The position numbers and the translations under genes were made by a program. Under the pieces are notes generated by a model. The model searched no databases, was not told where the DNA came from, and saw only the letters and a program-made list of their open reading frames with translations. DNA of 64,000 nucleotides. It comes from an uncultured Omnitrophica bacterium (GTDB lineage: Bacteria; Omnitrophota; Gorgyraeia; JACQQV01). Position 1 is the first letter of the stretch, and the number at the start of each line of letters is the position of its first letter. The stretch is from contig CAMTXH010000009.1 in NCBI GenBank assembly GCA_947085655.1, positions 3,738 through 67,737 of the forward strand, written 5' to 3'. Below, one piece after another: positions 1-8,757 of the stretch.

Positions 1-1295
1 GGGATTGGGACCTTCCACGGACAGAGGAACTGGAGCGGGTCTTCTGGATGATTCAAAGCGGCACCGAGATGGCGATTGCACGGTCCAAAGCATATCTCCC
101 CTATGCCGACATCTCCTGGATGGAACAGCACCATCCGAATGTAGAGCAGGTGAAAGAATGGGCAGACGCCCTGATTGAAGAAGCAGAGCGTTTGGGAATC
201 CCTCAGCCCCTTTTGGCGAACAACACCTCGCCTTCCTTTTATTGGCGGGCCAAGCATGATGGGAAGATGTTATCGAATGAGGATCTGAAGATTTTCCTGA
301 AACGGCAGGGTGAGGCCGGGATCCAGTTTAATTTTATCACCTACGGCGGTTCCCAACTAAACCATTATGGGGTCCAGAGGTTCATCTCTCGATTTAGGGA
401 CGATGGGATGCTCGCCTGGGCCGATTTTCAGGATGAGGCGATCCAAGGCGGAGATGCCTTTGTCCAGAAAAGCCAGAAATGGGCCGGCGTCGACTGGAAT
501 GAGGCGAGGGATACTGCAGGCCGCGGAGGTATTCCTGTCGCAAGCCCCACCGGCGAGCGTGATACCATGTTGCAGTTTGACCAGGCCCTTCGACGGGGGG
601 AGGAGAAAGCGAGAGATGGCGGCTCCCGCGACTGGACGTCGCTTCTCTTCAGCCAGACTGAAGAGGGAGGTGTGGTCGCGGATCGCATGACGCCTGAAGT
701 GATGGAGGCGCTTGAGACCATCGCTTTAGTGGATCCGGCCGGTTCACTTCTCTCAGACTCACCGATTTCAATCGATATCCTCGGGAAACGTCCGATGGGA
801 TACCTTGCGCTTGATGCCGCTCTCCTTGAAAACGAGACCGCGCGAAAGGCGTTTGAGATTGTCCTGGCGTTGCTTGAAGAAGTCAATCCTTCCTTCACCC
901 TCTGGCTCGTTCTGACAGAAAATAAGCCCTACACCGCGGAGGTGATAGAGATGGCGGGCCGCTACGATTTTGTCGAGGTGATGCCGCTCGAACGTTTTCA
1001 CCGGAGGGCGGCGGAGATTTCCACGGGACGGGATGCGCTTCCGATCCGCCGGATCGGCTATGAGCATAACGAAATTGAAATGGGACTTTCTGAAAGCGAC
1101 ATCCGGGTGAAGACCTCATCGGAGGGTGAAATTTCCGGCCTTAGTCTGGCGGCCCTTTTGCTCGGAAATGCCCCTTCCTTCCAGCCGCTCGGCGCCGAGG
1201 CAAAGGCGGCGCTTGCCGGGATTCAAAGCAGGCCTTTCGTTCAAATCAACAGGGAGTATCAAGAGGCGATCGATCTGATCCATCGACTCTTGTAA
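1..1295 (+). CDS. 5'-truncated isocitrate lyase-like domain fused to a ~220-aa unknown C-terminal domain
   Basis: Frame is open from base 3 (DWDLPRTEE...). ICL C-terminal motifs AIARSKAYLPYADISWME, LANNTSPSFYW, FNFITYGG and SQKWAG are followed by ARDGGSR and an unrelated tail. Confidence 0.75.
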   Translation, partial: DWDLPRTEELERVFWMIQSGTEMAIARSKAYLPYADISWMEQHHPNVEQVKEWADALIEEAERLGIPQPLLANNTSPSFYWRAKHDGKMLSNEDLKIFLKRQGEAGIQFNFITYGGSQLNHYGVQRFISRFRDDGMLAWADFQDEAIQGGDAFVQKSQKWAGVDWNEARDTAGRGGIPVASPTGERDTMLQFDQALRRGEEKARDGGSRDWTSLLFSQTEEGGVVADRMTPEVMEALETIALVDPAGSLLSDSPISIDILGKRPMGYLALDAALLENETARKAFEIVLALLEEVNPSFTLWLVLTENKPYTAEVIEMAGRYDFVEVMPLERFHRRAAEISTGRDALPIRRIGYEHNEIEMGLSESDIRVKTSSEGEISGLSLAALLLGNAPSFQPLGAEAKAALAGIQSRPFVQINREYQEAIDLIHRLL

Positions 1296-1303
1296 TTCAA
1301 AGG

Positions 1304-4144
1304 ATGCGGATTTTCTCGGGAAAAGCCGGGCCGCCCCAACGGGCGCCTGGCTTTTTCTTTCTTGCTTGTTTTCTCCTCAATGCGCTACAGGTTGAGCCGG
1401 TCTGGGCACTTCGCCCCACTTCCTCCGCTTCCCAGGACGGTTCCCGAAGAGCGATCCAAACGGCCCTTCAAGAAAATTCCCTCTCCGCCATTGACTCGTT
1501 TCCTGCAGAGGAGCGCACTTTTTTAGAAACCCTTCAAAGACACCTCGCCACGCGTCCCATCGTTTCACCCATTCCCGGAGAAGAGGAGGCATCCATCAAA
1601 GCCGGATCAGCAATCCTTCTCCGTTTTTACAACGGAGGATGGCAGCTGTTTCTTGTCAAGCGGAAGGCCGAAGCGCGCCGTTATCCAGGGTTTTGGGTTT
1701 TTCCGACGGAGATAAGAGAGCAAAACGGCCCCGGCGCTCAAGAGAAACCTTTGGAAGCGATCCTTCGGGGACTCCAGGAGGAGCTTCATCTTGAATTGAC
1801 ACCGGCTCATGTCATAGGGCGGATCGGAAAATATTTAACCGCTGATAAAAAGGGGGTTGTTTCCCCCATCCTTTTTCTGGTTTCCGAGGAGGAATCTCGA
1901 GAAATAAAGGTGGATCCTTCGGAAAACGAAATGGGCCAATGGGCACCGGTCTCTTTATTTTTAAACGGAAAGGTTCGTCAGGAAAATTTCCTTCCCGAAG
2001 CGGAGTTTGGTTCATCCGCAAGATTCGGTCCGGTAAGTGCTGCGGTCGATTTTTCGAATGTCTTTCGAGAGGCGGGAAAGGAGGCGCTTCAGCCCCGCCT
2101 CGAATCGGTCGGCCGGGAACTTTTTGGACATCTGCGGAGGGATGCTTTTTTGCAAAAAATCAATCACCCGCAAGATGCCTGGCGTGATGCCTTCGTGCAG
2201 GTTGGCATGAAAGAGGGTTTAAGGGATGGCACGCTCGGTTTCCTGGCAGAATATCCGGCCCTTCGGACCCCGGAGCGGCTTGAGGAAGCGCTCGAACGAC
2301 ATTTTCCGAAAAATGAACTTCCCAAGGGATTCGCTTCTGCCTTATGGTTTTTGGGACATATCCCTTCCAGAGCAAGACTCGGCCTTACAGATATACCAGT
2401 CCAGTTTGTTGGACGCCGTTTCATTGCCGGTGAAACCTCTGAAAAAATCCTTCCCCGGCTGAAACGGCTTCGACGTCAGGGTGTCACTTTCACGCTCGAC
2501 CCTGTGGGAGAGGCGGTCAGGGATGAGGCGGATGCCAAAGAAAACTTTGCTGCGAACCTCCTCCTCTTTGATGCGCTGGATCAGGCGACAAAAAACTGGC
2601 GGTGGGATGATTTTAAGGATATTCCTTACATGTCCCATGTGTCCATCAAATTGAGTTCATTGATTCCCACGTTTGACCGGGAGCATAAGGAGGAGTTGAA
2701 ACGCCGCCTCCGACGGCTGATGCGATTTGCGAGGACAAAAGGCATTTTCATTCGTATTGATATGGAGGAATATCAGGTCAAGGATCTGACCCTTGACATT
2801 TTTACGGAACTTCTCGATGAAGAAGAATTTCTCCGCTACGAGGGACTCGGGATTGTGGTGCAGGCGTATCTCAAGGATTCTCCGAAGGATGCGACCTCGC
2901 TCATCGAATTTGCGAGGCGGCGGAAGGAAAGGGGAGGATGGCGCACCCCGATTCGTCTTGTGAAGGGGGCCTATCCGGATCAGGATAGACTTCACCGGTG
3001 GGATGAAAAGTGGGAAACCGATGAACATTACGAGACGCTTTCCCATCTTCTTCTCGAAAACGTCGATGCCATTCTTCCCGCCTTTGGGACCCATAATATC
3101 CGATCCATCTCGGCTGTTTTGGCCTACGCCCGTTTTCTGGGGGTGCCGAAGGAGGCCTTTGAGTTTCAGTTTCTTTACGGAATGGGGGAACCGATCCAGC
3201 ATGCTTTGGTGCGCGCCGGTTACCGCGTCCGTCTCTATACTCCTTTTGGGCACCTCGAAAGGGCGATCCCTTATCTGGTCCGGCGGTTGATCGAGAACAG
3301 TTCCCAAATTTCGTTTGTCCGCCAGACCCAAAGCGCCGAATACGGTTTGGATACCCTGCTCCTTCCACCGCGGGAATTTGCGGAGATTGTCCAAAGCAAC
3401 TCCCGAGACGGCGCGGAGCGGTTTGGAAGGACCGAGCAACATCTGGGCGTTGTGGTAACGCTCACAGACCCGGAGGTGGAATTCGTCCGTACGTTTATTC
3501 TGATCGTGATGGCGCTTTTGGAGCATCTGGAGGAAATGGACCTGACCCATCTTCTCGATAACCCCCAAGCCCTTCCGGCAGGCGTCCATTTCAAATCCTT
3601 GCGGGAAATTGAACTGGTGGGCCCTTCAGACGGATATCTGGAGAATGCCCTCACGGGACTGCTTAAGTCTGCGGAGAAAATCGGGATTCATGGGGCGCGC
3701 ATCCGGGAGACAGAAAAGCAAACAAGGTATCGGCTCCTTCCGAACCCGACCCTTCATCAGGTATTGGAGGGGGCAACGACAGGACGTCTTCCGGAGGGAA
3801 CGGTCGCGGTATCTTATGGGCGGTTACGACCGCCTGTCCGGAGTCAAATAGACAAGATTGCCGATGCTCTTTTTGAGAACTATGAACCATCCCTTGCGCG
3901 GCATCAAGGAGCGCTTTGGCACCCTCTGGTCACACGGGAAATCCTGGCGGAGGTTTCCCGCAGAAATATCGAGAAAACAAAAGGCGCCCGGCTTTTGGAG
4001 GCCTTTCTGGGCATCGACTATCCGGTTGCGGACGCGTATGTCCAAAGCGTTCCGGATGCGCATGCCAGAGACGGCGCCGCCAAGGCCCAGCCCTTTTTTA
4101 GACAAATCCCTTCCCATGCCCTAGAGCCGACGCTCTACCCTTAA
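1304..4144 (+). CDS. Chimeric protein: signal-like leader, Nudix domain, proline dehydrogenase (PutA PRODH) domain, unknown domain
   Basis: Hydrophobic N-terminus ending VWA-LRP; Nudix-like box (PGFWVFP...EAILRGLQEEL); PRODH motifs RRFIAGE, SIKLSSL, RIDMEE, VQAYLKDS, IRLVKGAY, GTHNIRS, FEFQFLYGM, YLVRRLIENSS. No P5C dehydrogenase domain. Confidence 0.8.
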   Translation: MRIFSGKAGPPQRAPGFFFLACFLLNALQVEPVWALRPTSSASQDGSRRAIQTALQENSLSAIDSFPAEERTFLETLQRHLATRPIVSPIPGEEEASIKAGSAILLRFYNGGWQLFLVKRKAEARRYPGFWVFPTEIREQNGPGAQEKPLEAILRGLQEELHLELTPAHVIGRIGKYLTADKKGVVSPILFLVSEEESREIKVDPSENEMGQWAPVSLFLNGKVRQENFLPEAEFGSSARFGPVSAAVDFSNVFREAGKEALQPRLESVGRELFGHLRRDAFLQKINHPQDAWRDAFVQVGMKEGLRDGTLGFLAEYPALRTPERLEEALERHFPKNELPKGFASALWFLGHIPSRARLGLTDIPVQFVGRRFIAGETSEKILPRLKRLRRQGVTFTLDPVGEAVRDEADAKENFAANLLLFDALDQATKNWRWDDFKDIPYMSHVSIKLSSLIPTFDREHKEELKRRLRRLMRFARTKGIFIRIDMEEYQVKDLTLDIFTELLDEEEFLRYEGLGIVVQAYLKDSPKDATSLIEFARRRKERGGWRTPIRLVKGAYPDQDRLHRWDEKWETDEHYETLSHLLLENVDAILPAFGTHNIRSISAVLAYARFLGVPKEAFEFQFLYGMGEPIQHALVRAGYRVRLYTPFGHLERAIPYLVRRLIENSSQISFVRQTQSAEYGLDTLLLPPREFAEIVQSNSRDGAERFGRTEQHLGVVVTLTDPEVEFVRTFILIVMALLEHLEEMDLTHLLDNPQALPAGVHFKSLREIELVGPSDGYLENALTGLLKSAEKIGIHGARIRETEKQTRYRLLPNPTLHQVLEGATTGRLPEGTVAVSYGRLRPPVRSQIDKIADALFENYEPSLARHQGALWHPLVTREILAEVSRRNIEKTKGARLLEAFLGIDYPVADAYVQSVPDAHARDGAAKAQPFFRQIPSHALEPTLYP

Positions 4145-4200
4145 TGTTTTTCTTGTGGTACAATAAAACGAAACGGGTCTGTCCCCAAAGGAGGTGAAGG

Positions 4201-4455
4201 ATGGAGGAGAAAGAGATCGGAAAGATCAGCCACTACTACGGGAAGGCGGGCGTCGGAATCATTGAGTTGAGCGATACCCTGAAGGTCGGCGATACCATTC
4301 ACATCAAAGGGCACTCCGAGGACTTCAGCCAGGAAGTTCGTTCCATGCAGGTCGATTACAAAGATGTCCAGGAGGCCGCGGCGGGACAGTCGGTCGGCGT
4401 CAAGATAGATCAGAAAGTTCACGAAAACGACAAAGTCTTCAAGGTCGTCGGATAG
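4201..4455 (+). CDS. Small beta-barrel protein (translation elongation factor-like / U32 C-terminal-like)
   Basis: IGKISHYYGKAGVGIIEL...LKVGDTIHIKG...SMQ...GQSVGVK; strong RBS (AAGGAGGTG). Confidence 0.75.
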   Translation: MEEKEIGKISHYYGKAGVGIIELSDTLKVGDTIHIKGHSEDFSQEVRSMQVDYKDVQEAAAGQSVGVKIDQKVHENDKVFKVVG

Positions 4456-4537
4456 CATCCCCGGGAGAGACGAGAAAGCCCGGATCGCCTTCCTGCTCCT
4501 CGTTTTCTCCCTTTACTTTTTCTTTCCGAGGGCCGTC

Positions 4538-6010
4538 ATGGATATCCGGTCCCACAATCCGGACGATGCGGCCACCTACCTTCTTGCGGCAAAATCCTTC
4601 CTTTCGGGAAAAGGGTTCGGCGTTGATTACGCGGACCAATTCGTCCCTAATATTGCACAGGGACCTCTGTTTCCGCTTCTTTTGACCCCTGTGGTTAGTC
4701 TCTTCGGATTCCATTTCCTTTCCCTCAAACTCTATGTCATTTTCCTTTCGCTCGGTGCCTGCCTTGCGGCTTATTTCTTTTTCCGAACGTATCTGAACTC
4801 AAGGGAGGAGGCGCTTTTGGCCCTTTTGCTCTTTGCGGGCTCGCCTATCATCTATAGTCTGAGTCATGAGATCCTCTCGGAGACGCTGTTTATCGCCTTT
4901 TTGCTTTTGACCGTCTGGACGTGGGATCAAGTCTTGTGGGGGAAGGGGTCGAAACACCTAACCTGGGTAGCCCCGTTTTTTGCGGCGGCTGCCTTTTATA
5001 CAAGGCCGATGGGTTTAGCAGTTTTGTTCGGAGGGTGGGCGCTTTTGCTCCATCCTTCCTACCGGAACAAAAAGGTCTTTAAGCGCCTTATTCTTCTGAC
5101 CCTCTTCATGATGATTGTCATCGGACCCTGGTTTTACCGTGCCTATACCGTGGAAAGCATCGGCTGGCTGGGACAGGACCCTTTTCACTTTTTTCGATAC
5201 CGGAAACCTGACCTGACGCTCGGCGCTCCCTTGGGCATTGCCGATCTGTTCATCCGGTTCAGACAGAACCTCACCTGGGGCATTATTCCGAATATCGGTT
5301 CGCTCCTTTTCGCCCCTTTTTACCTGATCGTCGAAAGCCGGGCTTGCCTGATCGGATCCCTTCCGCTTGCCGGATGGGTGTTATGGCGGTGGGCATCCGC
5401 TTTTTACCGAAATCCCACCTTCATGGAAGGGGTGCTGTTGATCTGGGCTGGGGTCCTTCTTTTGTTTACTCAAGGATACGCTCTCCGGTATCTGGTTCCT
5501 GTTTTTCCCTTCCTTATTCTCTATATGATTCGATTCGGCCGGGAATATTTCTCCAGGAATCTTCGGCGTATTCTCGCCACATTCCTTGTGATGGCTTCAA
5601 TCGGGACAATGTTTCTCCATGCACGCGATCTCCAGGCGAACCCTTATGGGACCCCTGTCCAAAAGGCCTATGTGGCGGCAGGAGAGTGGGCGAAGGCGCA
5701 CCTTGGAAAAGAGGCGACCTACTTTGCGGCAATGCCTCACCGGTGGCAGGTCCTTTCTCAGGGGCGGGCCTACGCTCTGACAGCGGAGAATCTGGCGTGG
5801 ATCCTTCAAGGAAAGGGCCCCGAATACCTCCTAACATTCAGGGACCCTGACTCCATTTTTAACTATGACCTAAAAAGTGTCGAGTTTTATCATCCTTCCG
5901 ATACAGCAAAGGTTTCCAAGTACGTTCAATCCCACCCAAGACGCTTCCGTGGGGTCTATCAAAACTCCCTCTTTGCCATCTATCAGCGGAAACCCCCAAA
6001 ATCCCGGTAA
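4538..6010 (+). CDS. GT-C fold (ArnT/GT39-like) multi-pass membrane glycosyltransferase
   Basis: PDD..Y...A..F..G N-terminal loop, P.FPLLL, ILSETLF and YTRPMG motifs; many TM segments. Start may lie slightly upstream. Confidence 0.65.
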   Translation: MDIRSHNPDDAATYLLAAKSFLSGKGFGVDYADQFVPNIAQGPLFPLLLTPVVSLFGFHFLSLKLYVIFLSLGACLAAYFFFRTYLNSREEALLALLLFAGSPIIYSLSHEILSETLFIAFLLLTVWTWDQVLWGKGSKHLTWVAPFFAAAAFYTRPMGLAVLFGGWALLLHPSYRNKKVFKRLILLTLFMMIVIGPWFYRAYTVESIGWLGQDPFHFFRYRKPDLTLGAPLGIADLFIRFRQNLTWGIIPNIGSLLFAPFYLIVESRACLIGSLPLAGWVLWRWASAFYRNPTFMEGVLLIWAGVLLLFTQGYALRYLVPVFPFLILYMIRFGREYFSRNLRRILATFLVMASIGTMFLHARDLQANPYGTPVQKAYVAAGEWAKAHLGKEATYFAAMPHRWQVLSQGRAYALTAENLAWILQGKGPEYLLTFRDPDSIFNYDLKSVEFYHPSDTAKVSKYVQSHPRRFRGVYQNSLFAIYQRKPPKSR

Positions 6011-6236
6011 CTGTCCAATAAATTCAACACCTTGTCCCCGGAATACAACGTATTAGACATCGATTCATAGTCAGGGATTGTCCTAGACAATCTTGTACAG
6101 TCCTTTGTTGTCCGAACTTTTACTTTTTAAAAAAGGTTTATTAACAACTTATTTGTTTTTAATAGGTTGTGAACAACTTTTTCAGTAAAGAAACACTTTG
6201 AAAAAAATAACGGCGTTTTCCGGTTGTTGTACAATT

Positions 6237-6251
6237 TGGCACAGAACTTGC
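6237..6251 (+). promoter_or_regulatory. Sigma-54 (-24/-12) promoter of the EPS operon
   Basis: TGGCAC-AGAAC-TTGC matches the TGGCAC-N5-TTGC consensus; a sigma-54 activator is encoded in the locus. Confidence 0.8.
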
Positions 6252-6349
6252 GTAAAAACAGAAACTATCTCTCTTATTCAAGGAAGGGGTCTTTTTGAGG
6301 ATGGACCTTCGTTTACATCACTGATAAAGGCAAAAGAAGGAGGTAGCAG

Positions 6350-6532
6350 GTGAACGGAAGAATGACCATCACAGAAATGGCGAGAAAGGTCGGGATTACG
6401 CCGAAGACGCTCATGCGATGGGAAAAATTGGGAAAAATCAAAAGATCCAAGCGGGACTGGCGCGGCTGGCGCTTCTATGAAGACAACGACCTGCTTGAGA
6501 TCAAGCGCTTTTACGAGACGATTTACGAATAG
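6350..6532 (+). CDS. Stand-alone 60-aa MerR-type HTH DNA-binding protein
   Basis: MTITEMARKVGITPKTLMRWEKLGKI...RDWRGWRFY; GTG start after AGGAGG; no effector domain. Confidence 0.85.
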   Translation: MNGRMTITEMARKVGITPKTLMRWEKLGKIKRSKRDWRGWRFYEDNDLLEIKRFYETIYE

Positions 6533-6575
6533 CGCGGCCAAATCCATTTATTTCAGGAAAGGGAGGTTTTAAGAA

Positions 6576-7415
6576 ATGAAGAAGGCAAAAAAATGGATCG
6601 TTATCGGTCTGGCCGGGCTTGCCCTTGCCCTACCGATCGCTGCTCAGGCAGAAGAAGAAGACGCTGAGGCTGCAGACGCTGAAGCCGCACTGGTAGACAA
6701 GCCGACACTTGTCGATATCCCGACCCCTCCAGTTCACTACGTCGAGGGCATTCAGGAGCCGACGTCCTTTCCGACGGTCGGGACGATCGGTATTTCTTCT
6801 ATTGAACCGGTAAGATACACCCTCGGTCCCGAGGATGCCATCGCCATCGAGGTGCGGCGCCATCCTGAATTCAGCGGCGCCTACATGATTAACTCCGAGG
6901 GAAAAATCCAGTACAAGTACGTCGGGGACGTTTACGTAAACGGCCTGACCAAAACCGAGGTCAAAGATAAAATCACCCAAGTCCTCTCTGCGTACTTGGT
7001 TGACCCGTCGGTTGAAGTGACCATCGCCGAATACCGGAGCAAAGTCTTTTATGTCATCGGCGAGGTCGGCCGGCCCGGCAAATATTACATGATGGCGGAT
7101 GAGATTCCGATCCGGGAGGCGGCGATTCAGGCGGGACTTCCCCAACTGAGCGCCTCTGCCAAAAAGGCAAGACTCATTACGCCCGATAAGCACGGAAAAC
7201 CAAAGGCGAAAAAGATCGATTTGGAAAAAATACTTTATGAAGGCGATTTGAGAGAGAACGTGATGATGAGACCGGGCGATGTGCTGTATGTGCCGGCGAC
7301 GCTCATCACCAAGTTTATGCGCAAGATCGCCCCTGTGGCCCAGCCGGTTCAGTCGGCGGTGAGTGCCCAGGATTCGTTCTATCGCATCGGGAATCCCCCC
7401 AACTACAATCGATAA
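6576..7415 (+). CDS. Polysaccharide export protein (Wza/OPX, Poly_export + SLBB)
   Basis: Signal peptide; YTLGPED, EGKI...GDVYVNGLT, YVIGEVGRPG and MRPGDVLYVP motifs. Confidence 0.9.
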   Translation: MKKAKKWIVIGLAGLALALPIAAQAEEEDAEAADAEAALVDKPTLVDIPTPPVHYVEGIQEPTSFPTVGTIGISSIEPVRYTLGPEDAIAIEVRRHPEFSGAYMINSEGKIQYKYVGDVYVNGLTKTEVKDKITQVLSAYLVDPSVEVTIAEYRSKVFYVIGEVGRPGKYYMMADEIPIREAAIQAGLPQLSASAKKARLITPDKHGKPKAKKIDLEKILYEGDLRENVMMRPGDVLYVPATLITKFMRKIAPVAQPVQSAVSAQDSFYRIGNPPNYNR

Positions 7416-7441
7416 TTGAGAAAGGATAAAAGGATAACACC

Positions 7442-8755
7442 ATGGAAAGACCGATGGACGCACCGACACGATCCCCCCTTCACTATGTGAAGATTTTCTT
7501 CAAACGGAAACAGATGATTCTGTTGCCGATGCTGGCCGGACTCCTCATCGGAACCATCTCGGGATTTATGCTTCCCAGAACCTATGAGTCTTCCACGGTG
7601 ATCCTGGTGGAAGAGGGGCGGGTCATCAACCCGTTGATTGAGGGACTGGCTGTTTCAACGAGTTTGGCCGACCGGCTTCGGACGCTTCGGGAACAGATCC
7701 TCAGCTGGGACCGGCTGGTCCAGTTGACGAAACGTCTCAACCTCGCCAAGGGAATCAAATCCCAGTATGACTACGAGAAGCTCATCGAAACCCTCCGCGC
7801 CAAAATCGTCGTGGGTCTCCGGGGCCCCAACCTGATCCTCATTTCCTATCAGCACAGCGACCCGGTTCAGACCCAACTCGTGGTCAAAACGGTGACGGAT
7901 ATCTTCGTTGAGGAAAATATCGCCATGCAGAATCGGGAGACCGAGTCGGCCATTGAATTCATCAATGATCAACTGACGGTTTACAAACGGAAGATCAAGG
8001 AATCGGAGCTGGCGGCGCGGGAGGATGAACTGCGTAATCTCCTGATTGACTCCACGGAACTCCATCCCCGTGTCAAGGAACTCCGGATGGAGATTGCAAA
8101 GATCCGGGAGGAACTGGAGTCGGGCGAGTTTGAGGTGAAGACCAAAGAGCAGGTTTCGAGCCCCCTCGTTTCGCAGATCGAGGAGGAGATCAGCCGGATT
8201 CAGTCGGCCCCGGGAGGGGTCGTCGCCACGCCGGGGAAACCGATCCAGGGGCTTCCGGATGAAAAAATCTACAACCTTCTCCTTTTGGACCAGATGAGCA
8301 GCGTCTTTGCGCGGGACATGGCGGTGAACGAGCAGATTTACAACATGCTTCTCCAGCGACTTGAGACGGCAAAGATCACCCGGCGGCTCGAGGCCTCGCA
8401 GGAGGGAACCCGTTACACCGTCTTGGACCCGGCGCGGCTTCCGTTAAGACCGATTAAGCCGAATAAACTCCTCACCGCTTTCCTCGGCCTTTTTGTGGGT
8501 GTCATTGTCGGCATCGGGTTTGTCTTCTCGGTTGAGTTCTTTGATCATTCTTTCCTGAGCGTTGAAGAGGCGAAGGCGTTTCTCCCCGGACCGGTCTTGG
8601 GGGCAATTTCGAAAATCACCACTGAAGATGAACTGGACGAGATGCGCCGCCGGAAGCGGTTCCTCGGCGTTCCGCATATTGTCTCAAACTGCTTTACCTT
8701 CTTCCTCGGCGCCTTCTCGGCATTAAGGGGAAAAGAAAGAAGCGTTAAGGCCTGA
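7442..8755 (+). CDS. Polysaccharide chain-length determinant (Wzz/Wzc N-terminal-like)
   Basis: Two TM segments flanking coiled coil; YESSTVILV and VLDPARLPLRPIKPN motifs. Confidence 0.9.
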   Translation: MERPMDAPTRSPLHYVKIFFKRKQMILLPMLAGLLIGTISGFMLPRTYESSTVILVEEGRVINPLIEGLAVSTSLADRLRTLREQILSWDRLVQLTKRLNLAKGIKSQYDYEKLIETLRAKIVVGLRGPNLILISYQHSDPVQTQLVVKTVTDIFVEENIAMQNRETESAIEFINDQLTVYKRKIKESELAAREDELRNLLIDSTELHPRVKELRMEIAKIREELESGEFEVKTKEQVSSPLVSQIEEEISRIQSAPGGVVATPGKPIQGLPDEKIYNLLLLDQMSSVFARDMAVNEQIYNMLLQRLETAKITRRLEASQEGTRYTVLDPARLPLRPIKPNKLLTAFLGLFVGVIVGIGFVFSVEFFDHSFLSVEEAKAFLPGPVLGAISKITTEDELDEMRRRKRFLGVPHIVSNCFTFFLGAFSALRGKERSVKA

Positions 8756-8757
8756 CC

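Noticed and set aside
2657-3589. Long antisense ORFs (also 6630-7469, 20145-21191, 22306-23325, 49687-50574)
   Set aside because: They shadow well-supported plus-strand genes in GC-rich DNA and have no recognisable motifs.
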